64,000 nucleotides of DNA from Sumerlaeia bacterium. Lineage in GTDB: Bacteria; Sumerlaeota; Sumerlaeia; SLMS01; JAHLLQ01. Positions 58,576 to 64,000 of the stretch are shown here, piece by piece. The stretch covers positions 6,249-70,248 of the forward strand of contig JAVJSW010000060.1 of assembly GCA_040219255.1 (NCBI GenBank), given 5' to 3'. The position numbers were made by a program, and so were the translations under genes. The notes beneath the pieces are model-generated. The model was not told the origin of the DNA and did no database searches. It saw only the letters and a program-made list of their open reading frames with translations. The number at the start of each line of letters is the position of its first letter. Position 1 is the stretch's first letter.

Positions 58576-59513
58576 CCCGGCTGCTCGACGCGGACGCTGG
58601 CGGAATCGCCGAGGCCGCCGCCCTGCTGCGTGCCGGAGAGGCGGTCGCCATCCCCACGGAAACGGTCTATGGGCTTGCCGCGGACGCCACCAATGCGGCC
58701 GCGGTGGAACGGATTTACGAGGCCAAAGGCCGCCCCGCCAACAATCCCCTGATCGTCCACGTGCCGGGCGCGGAGGCGGCCGCGAGATGGGCGGGCGCTT
58801 GGTCCGAGGACGCCGCCCGCCTCGCCGGGCGGTTCTGGCCGGGACCGCTGACGCTCGTGGTTCCGGCGGGCGAGGGGCTGGCCTCGAACGCCTTGGCCGG
58901 AGGGGCGACGGTGGGTTTGCGGGCCCCGGATCATCCGGTGGCGCTGGAGTTGCTGCGTGCCTGCGGATTGCCCTTGGCGGCACCGAGCGCCAACCGCAGC
59001 GGGTCGCTGTCGCCGACGCTGGCCCGGCACGTCGTCGAGGGCCTGGGGGGCCGTATCGCGGCGGTGCTCGATGGCGGACCGTGCCGGGTCGGGATCGAAT
59101 CGACGGTTCTGGACCTGGCGAGCCCCCAGGCCCCGCGCGTCCTGCGCCCGGGGGACATATCGGCGGAGGCTATCGCCCAAGTCCTCGGGCGCGCCGTGGG
59201 GCGGCTGGCGGCGGAGGCTCCCGCGTCCGGGCCGCTGCTGTCGCCGGGTTTGCTCACACGCCACTACGCCCCCGCGGTTCCGCTGCGGATCGTGGCGGGG
59301 GAATTGCTGGGCGGGGCGCCGGGGGACGCGGCGGTGTTGCGGCTGGGGCGCGACCTGCCGGAGGACCCGCAGGCCTTCGCCAGCGAACTCTATCGCCGGC
59401 TCTGGCTGGCACAGGCGGCCGGCGGGCGCGAGATCTGGCTGGAGAAACCGCCGGAGACGCCGGAATGGAACGCCGTCTGGGATCGGCTGCGGAGGGCCGT
59501 GGCGCGGGATTGA
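58572..59513 (+). CDS. tsaC: L-threonylcarbamoyladenylate synthase (Sua5/YrdC/TsaC family)
   Basis: 'VAIPTETVYGLAADA' and 'KGRPANNPLIVHV' YrdC motifs; ATG at 58572. Confidence 0.85.
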   Translation: MTRLLDADAGGIAEAAALLRAGEAVAIPTETVYGLAADATNAAAVERIYEAKGRPANNPLIVHVPGAEAAARWAGAWSEDAARLAGRFWPGPLTLVVPAGEGLASNALAGGATVGLRAPDHPVALELLRACGLPLAAPSANRSGSLSPTLARHVVEGLGGRIAAVLDGGPCRVGIESTVLDLASPQAPRVLRPGDISAEAIAQVLGRAVGRLAAEAPASGPLLSPGLLTRHYAPAVPLRIVAGELLGGAPGDAAVLRLGRDLPEDPQAFASELYRRLWLAQAAGGREIWLEKPPETPEWNAVWDRLRRAVARD

Positions 59514-59582
59514 GGGAAGACTTGGGCTGGCCGGCCCGCTGGCGGGGGAGGGCGGGCAGGTCGACTCGCTCCAGGAAAAGGC

Positions 59583-59680
59583 GTTCATCGGTCAGGGCTC
59601 CGGTGAGGATGCGCGGAGTCTAGGCGAAGAGAGGGCGAAAAGTCAATGGGTTTTCGTGAAAATTTCGCCCTTTGAGGCCA
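59583..59680 (+). repeat. Conserved intergenic motif, copy 2 (about 100 nt, candidate structured RNA)
   Basis: Homologous to 24487-24590 with a compensatory stem GGGCGAA/TTCGCCC. Confidence 0.4.
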
Positions 59681-59728
59681 ATCGTTGGACCATGGAGGTT
59701 CAGAGAGCGCTCCGGAGGACCGAGCTTT

Positions 59729-60766
59729 CTAGTGCTGGCGCACGAGAATTTCGTCCACCAGTTTGCGCATGATTTGGGCGGCGCGGTTGCTGGGGGGGAA
59801 GTCTTCGAGGGCGGCGATGGCTTGGGTGGAGAAATCGGCGGCCACTTCGAGGGAGGTGTCGATGGCCTTGTATTTGTGGACATAGCCCTGGACAGTGGCG
59901 AAATCGCGGCCATTGCCCAGCACGGCGCGCAGGGCTTCGCGGTCCGGGGCGTCGGCCACGGCGAGGGTTTGAAGGAGCGGAAGGGTCTGCTTGCCTTCCT
60001 TGAGGTCGGCTCCGACGCGTTTGCCCCAGTTGTCGGTCTGGGCTTCGTAATCCAGGGTGTCGTCGGTGATTTGATAGGCCATGCCGAAGGAGAGGCCGTA
60101 TTGGGCGGCGCGTTCGACGTCTTCGTATTCGGCGCCGGCGATCATGGCGCCGAGGCCGGAGGCGGCGCTGAAGAGAATGGCGGTTTTGCGCTCGATGATG
60201 GTCATGTAATCGTCGACGGTGAGCCAATCGCCGCGGCGCTCGATCTGGAGCATTTCGCCCTCGGTCATTTTTTGCGTCGTCTGGGCCAGGAGGCGGAGCG
60301 TGGCGGGGTTGAGCGTCGAGAGGGCGAGGTCGAAACTGGTGGCGTAGAGGAAATCGGCCATGAGGATGGCGACGTCGTCGCCCCACTTGGCGTTGACGGT
60401 TTCGCGGCCTCGGCGCAGGGGGGCTTTGTCGATGACGTCGTCGTGCAAGAGGGTGGCGACGTGGAAGAGTTCGATGGCGGCGGCGAGGGCGATGTGGCCG
60501 TCTTCGCGGTCGGCGTCGTAGCCGTGGGCGCGGGCGGCGAGGCAGACGAGGGCGGGGCGGAGCATTTTGCCGCGGCCTTGGCGGACGTAGGCGGCGACAT
60601 CGCGCATCAGGTCGCCCTGCACGTCATAAGCCCGGTCGATGGCGCCGCGGACGCGCTCCAAATCCGCACCGATGTAGTCGTACAAATAATCCACGAGGTG
60701 AAGGCTCTCCGTCTGCTCCGTTCCGGCGATTGTGCTTTTTTTCACAAGCCCGCCGGTCTCGAGCAC
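59729..60766 (-). CDS. ispB: Polyprenyl diphosphate synthase (octaprenyl/heptaprenyl-type trans-isoprenyl diphosphate synthase)
   Basis: 'LLHDDVIDKAPLRRG' first DDxxD and 'DDTLDY' second DDxxD; GTG start at 60766. Confidence 0.8.
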   Translation of the reverse strand: MLETGGLVKKSTIAGTEQTESLHLVDYLYDYIGADLERVRGAIDRAYDVQGDLMRDVAAYVRQGRGKMLRPALVCLAARAHGYDADREDGHIALAAAIELFHVATLLHDDVIDKAPLRRGRETVNAKWGDDVAILMADFLYATSFDLALSTLNPATLRLLAQTTQKMTEGEMLQIERRGDWLTVDDYMTIIERKTAILFSAASGLGAMIAGAEYEDVERAAQYGLSFGMAYQITDDTLDYEAQTDNWGKRVGADLKEGKQTLPLLQTLAVADAPDREALRAVLGNGRDFATVQGYVHKYKAIDTSLEVAADFSTQAIAALEDFPPSNRAAQIMRKLVDEILVRQH

Positions 60767-60883
60767 CGGAGCCGAATCCGGGCCAATCCCGAGCGAGCGC
60801 TTCCGCGCCGCCAGTCTCGGACAATTCAGAGCGAAAACCGGGCGCGGTCAAGCGCATCATTTCCGCCACCGCCACTCCTTGCG

Positions 60884-61197
60884 ATCCTTCACCACAGAGG
60901 ACGCAGAGGACAGAGGTTTCACAGAGGTCAGTTGGAAGGGGTGGTTGGAATAGAGGCTTTCTCCAGGCAAGTCCATGAAAATAAGTGATCTGTCAGTCTG
61001 GTGATGATCTCTCGTTCTTGTGAATGAACAAGAAGGTGCGGTGATCTTGGCGACTTGACGCCTTGCTGATCTCTATTCTGAACGAACGAGTTGTCATTTC
61101 GCAGCCAGCGAGCCCGGGATCGGGACTTGCCGATGGGTGCCGTTGACTTGAAACCCAGTGATTCTCTCAGCGTTCCGTGCGCCTCGGCGGTGATTTC
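60884..61197. repeat. Intergenic element of about 310 bp with imperfect terminal inverted repeats, copy 1, upstream of ispB
   Basis: Left arm ttcaccacagaggacgcagaggacagaggtttcacagaggt (60886-60930); inverted right arm cgtgcgcctcggcggtgat (61176-61194). Confidence 0.45.
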
Positions 61198-61224
61198 TTG
61201 AACCCTCAGGCGCCTCTCTCCGGT

Positions 61225-61275
61225 TCAAAAAGAAAAGGGACCCCGCCGCACCCAGCGAGGCCCCTTTCTTCCGGA
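61225..61275. terminator. Putative bidirectional terminator downstream of the 61308-62714 gene
   Basis: A-run, then GC hairpin (gggaccccgccgcacccagcgaggcccc), then a T-rich tract. Confidence 0.4.
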
Positions 61276-61307
61276 TGGCGCCAGCGGCGGACGGAGCCCT
61301 GCTCCGC

Positions 61308-62714
61308 CTACTGTGCCGTCACCCGTAAGAAGTATGGCAGCGACGCCGTGCCCAGCACCATGGTGCGCAGGCTGACAGTTTTCGATTCGCCGGGTTCGAG
61401 CGTCAGGGGCCCGGCGGCCTCCAGCATCGATTCGTCGTAGTCCGGCTCGACGGAGCCTTCCGCCGACTTGCCGGCCCAGCCGATGATCGTGGGCAGCTTC
61501 TCCAGTTCGGTGAGCGGCATCGCTTCGTCCGCCACCGCCATCTGCCAGACGAGGCCAACGCGGGCGTCTTCCTTGCCGTAACGAAGGTCGACGGTCTTTG
61601 GCTCGGCTCCGCCGTTCATCAGCGTCATCGTGACGTAGTATTCCATGTGATAGTTGCCGATGGAATCGGGCCGCACATAGGGCGGATGGAGCAGCAGGGG
61701 CAGGGTCTGCTGGGCCTGGCGGCAGCCGGCCGACTGGATTTCCGGCAGCGTCATGGGGAACGTGACGCGGCCGCCGTCCTTTTCCGGCAGCGCGGCCACA
61801 TCGATCACGACCGGGTCGCTCTGCCAGAGGACGTTGCGGGCCGTGCCGACGACGCGCCGCAGGTGGCAGTCGGGCGGCGGAATGAGCAGGTCCATGTAGG
61901 TCTCGCCCGAGTCCGCGCCGGTCCCCATCAAAGCCGCCACGGCGTCATCGTAACGCGCCGGGTCGGTGCTGCCGGGCAGGGAGAGCACGGTCACTTCAAG
62001 CTTTGGCCGCCGGTGCACGCCCTGCGGGGCCGACACATCGGCGCGGACGATACCGGTGACAAAGGTGGCGGCGGTATTGTTGTCGTCCTGCAGTTTGCTG
62101 TTCAGCTTTTTGGTCATGCCGATGACCGCGCCCTGGCCGGGCTCCAGGGTCAGTGATCCGACCGGCGTGTCCCAGTCTTCTTCGAAGACGGCGCGGCCCA
62201 GTTGGCTTTCCACGCTGGTTGGCGTTCCCGCGTTCCCGCCGTGGAACATGGCCTGGCGGGGTTCGATGCGGGCGGCGATATCCCCGATGTTCTCGACATA
62301 GACGACGATGCGGCGGGTTTCGTCCGGCGAGAGTTGCTTGGCCAGATGGTAGAGGAACACCTCGAAGGAGTCGTCGATCCCGCGAAAGCCCTTGTTGACC
62401 TGGGTTCGCATTTCCTCGGGCACCGGCTCGCCCTTGTCCGTCTTGAACGGGGGCAGGACCGTCTTGGTCGAGTAGAGGACACCGTTGGTGTAGTAGATTT
62501 CGGGCAGGTCCGAGTCGATGCGGTAGTAGGTGCGGGGGCTGTTGACATGGCGGCCGGGCAGCAAATGACCCACGCAGCGCTCGCAGTCTTCCTCGCTCGC
62601 GAGGGGTTGGAGCGGGGTCGGTTCCGCCGTGGAAAGGGGGGCAAAGGTGAAGAGGTTCAGGAAGGCGCAAAGGCCAATCCAAGCGGCGGACCGGGCAATG
62701 GGTCGGGGGGGCAT
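61308..62714 (-). CDS. Secreted hypothetical protein (469 aa)
   Basis: Signal peptide 'AAWIGLCAFLNLFTFAPLSTA'; ATG at 62714. Confidence 0.55.
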   Translation of the reverse strand: MPPRPIARSAAWIGLCAFLNLFTFAPLSTAEPTPLQPLASEEDCERCVGHLLPGRHVNSPRTYYRIDSDLPEIYYTNGVLYSTKTVLPPFKTDKGEPVPEEMRTQVNKGFRGIDDSFEVFLYHLAKQLSPDETRRIVVYVENIGDIAARIEPRQAMFHGGNAGTPTSVESQLGRAVFEEDWDTPVGSLTLEPGQGAVIGMTKKLNSKLQDDNNTAATFVTGIVRADVSAPQGVHRRPKLEVTVLSLPGSTDPARYDDAVAALMGTGADSGETYMDLLIPPPDCHLRRVVGTARNVLWQSDPVVIDVAALPEKDGGRVTFPMTLPEIQSAGCRQAQQTLPLLLHPPYVRPDSIGNYHMEYYVTMTLMNGGAEPKTVDLRYGKEDARVGLVWQMAVADEAMPLTELEKLPTIIGWAGKSAEGSVEPDYDESMLEAAGPLTLEPGESKTVSLRTMVLGTASLPYFLRVTAQ

Positions 62715-62979
62715 AGTATCGTCTCCTCCGGCAATATGAGTCGCTTTCTGGACTCTAAGAGTCATAACGTAGGAGAGCGGATTGGCCATGACAAGAGTTT
62801 TCGGCAAGTAGTTGCGCCGGAAAGTCGAATCGGTGCAGGAAACTGTGTAAAGAGTGACAGGCCCGGATATGGGAGGTCGCATTTCTCTCGAGGTTCGGGC
62901 GCAGAAAAAAGGGCCGGGAGAGCATACGCCCCCGGCCCTTCGACTGATTCTTCGCTGCCTGTTTGGCCGAACGGGCCTC

Positions 62980-63450
62980 TTAGCCCGCCGCCGCTCCCGC
63001 CATGGCGGGCTCGGCTTTCCTGGCCTTCTTCTTGGAGCCGCAGGACCCGCAGCCGCCGCAGCTCTTGATCTTTTCGGTCAGCACGGCGATCTTGAGTTGG
63101 CCGATGAATTCGGTGCCTTCGGTGTCGCAGGTGATGGATTGGGCGACGCATTCGCTGCCGATGCTGCCGCATTCCCGGCCGGTCAGCACGGCGAGACCCG
63201 CGCGCACGGCGAAAAAGTGTTTCAAGTACAGGAATTCGAGCGTTTCATCCTCGTTCGGATACGCTTCCAGGAATGCCTCCACATCGTCGTTGAGAAGGTC
63301 GTCTGCCCGCCGTCCGCGAATCCAGGAGAGGATCAGTGAGCGCTCGCCCACGGCTTTGCCGCAGGAGCGCTTGATGAGGGAATAATCGAGGACGTTGTCG
63401 TCCAGGTCGAGCACGAGACGCACGGTCTCTGTGATGTCATTGCAAGGCAT
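62980..63450 (-). CDS. Small Cys-rich hypothetical protein with C-terminal CGGCGSCG motif
   Basis: ATG at 63450; 156 aa; C-terminal CxxC cluster. Confidence 0.45.
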   Translation of the reverse strand: MPCNDITETVRLVLDLDDNVLDYSLIKRSCGKAVGERSLILSWIRGRRADDLLNDDVEAFLEAYPNEDETLEFLYLKHFFAVRAGLAVLTGRECGSIGSECVAQSITCDTEGTEFIGQLKIAVLTEKIKSCGGCGSCGSKKKARKAEPAMAGAAAG

Positions 63451-63593
63451 AAAGGAGGAAAAGAATCCTTCTGAGAATGATGTCGCATCCCGCGCACCCC
63501 CCGGTTTCCGGGACTGCCGAGACGCACCGAAGAGGAGCACAAGGCGCGCCAACTGGCAAACGATTTCGCACGGCGTAACGGAAAGCTGTTGGA

Positions 63594-63903
63594 TTCTTCA
63601 CCACAGCGGGCACAGAGGACAGAGTTTGCACAGAGGTTGCCAGAATAGCGGTTGAGGGGGATAGCAAGAAAAGCAGTAAGTCCAGTGGGGAGAATAATCG
63701 GTCGCTGCTTCTGGATTTTTCAACTTCCTGTTCGTCAGAAAAGGAGTCTCGATCTTCGAGGATGTGTCTCGAACTTTTGGGAATATCAAGAAAAACCAGG
63801 CTCCCGCGTTCCGTACGCGAAGAATTCGACAAACGCCAGAATCCCTGTGCAACCTCAAGAACTCCAAACTTCTCAGCGCTCTCCGCGTCTCTGCGGTGAT
63901 CAC
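63594..63903. repeat. Intergenic element of about 310 bp with imperfect terminal inverted repeats, copy 2, upstream of the Cys-rich protein gene
   Basis: Left arm ttcaccacagcgggcacagaggacagagtttgcacagaggt (63596-63640); inverted right arm ctctccgcgtctctgcggtgatcac (63877-63903). Confidence 0.45.
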
Positions 63904-64000
63904 TTAGAGGAACCCCGGGCCGCCAGCGCCGCCTCGTACACGGCGATCATTTCCCGGGCGAGGCGTTCGGGGGCGTAGGTTTCGGCGACGGCGGCGCGGG
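63900..64000 (-). CDS. 3' end of a minus-strand CDS that extends beyond the window (unidentified)
   Basis: Open frame ending '...ERLAREMIAVYEAALAARGSSK*' with TGA at 63902-63900. Confidence 0.3.
   Translation of the reverse strand, partial: RAAVAETYAPERLAREMIAVYEAALAARGSSK

Overview
This 64 kb window is high-GC (about 65-70%) bacterial chromosomal DNA that is densely coding on both strands. A prepilin-type N-terminal methylation-domain gene of the DUF1559 family points to a Planctomycetota/PVC-like organism.

Housekeeping genes identified: ispH, mutS2, prfC, a comM/yifB-like gene, a cobA-hemD fusion, rplY, prs, ndk, nrdJ, thrB, tsaC and ispB. There is also a secreted alpha-glucan locus with two GH13 enzymes, a CBM-bearing esterase, an amidohydrolase, a XylR-type regulator and a sensor kinase. 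Other calls are a DUF5117-type zinc metalloprotease, an MscS channel, a SulP transporter, and several secreted or membrane hypothetical proteins.

The window contains no rRNA genes, CRISPR arrays, transposases or integrases.

Features worth a second look:
- A class II adenosylcobalamin ribonucleotide reductase (nrdJ) split by three in-frame inteins, one of them markedly AT-rich. It is translationally coupled to an AT-rich NYN-nuclease gene, which has a candidate antisense sRNA/terminator on the opposite strand.
- A class II (long variable arm, Leu-like) tRNA whose anticodon loop reads UGC (Ala). As read, this would be a chimeric, potentially mistranslating tRNA.
- An apparently undescribed family of about 310 bp intergenic elements with imperfect terminal inverted repeats carrying a CACAGAGG motif. 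Three copies occur, each just upstream of a minus-strand gene.
- A second conserved intergenic motif of about 100 nt, present in two copies.
- A low-GC (about 50%) two-gene islet encoding a small Cys-rich secreted protein and a membrane-anchored protein.
- A structured inverted-repeat leader in front of prfC.
- A disordered insertion of about 140 aa inside the cobA methyltransferase domain.
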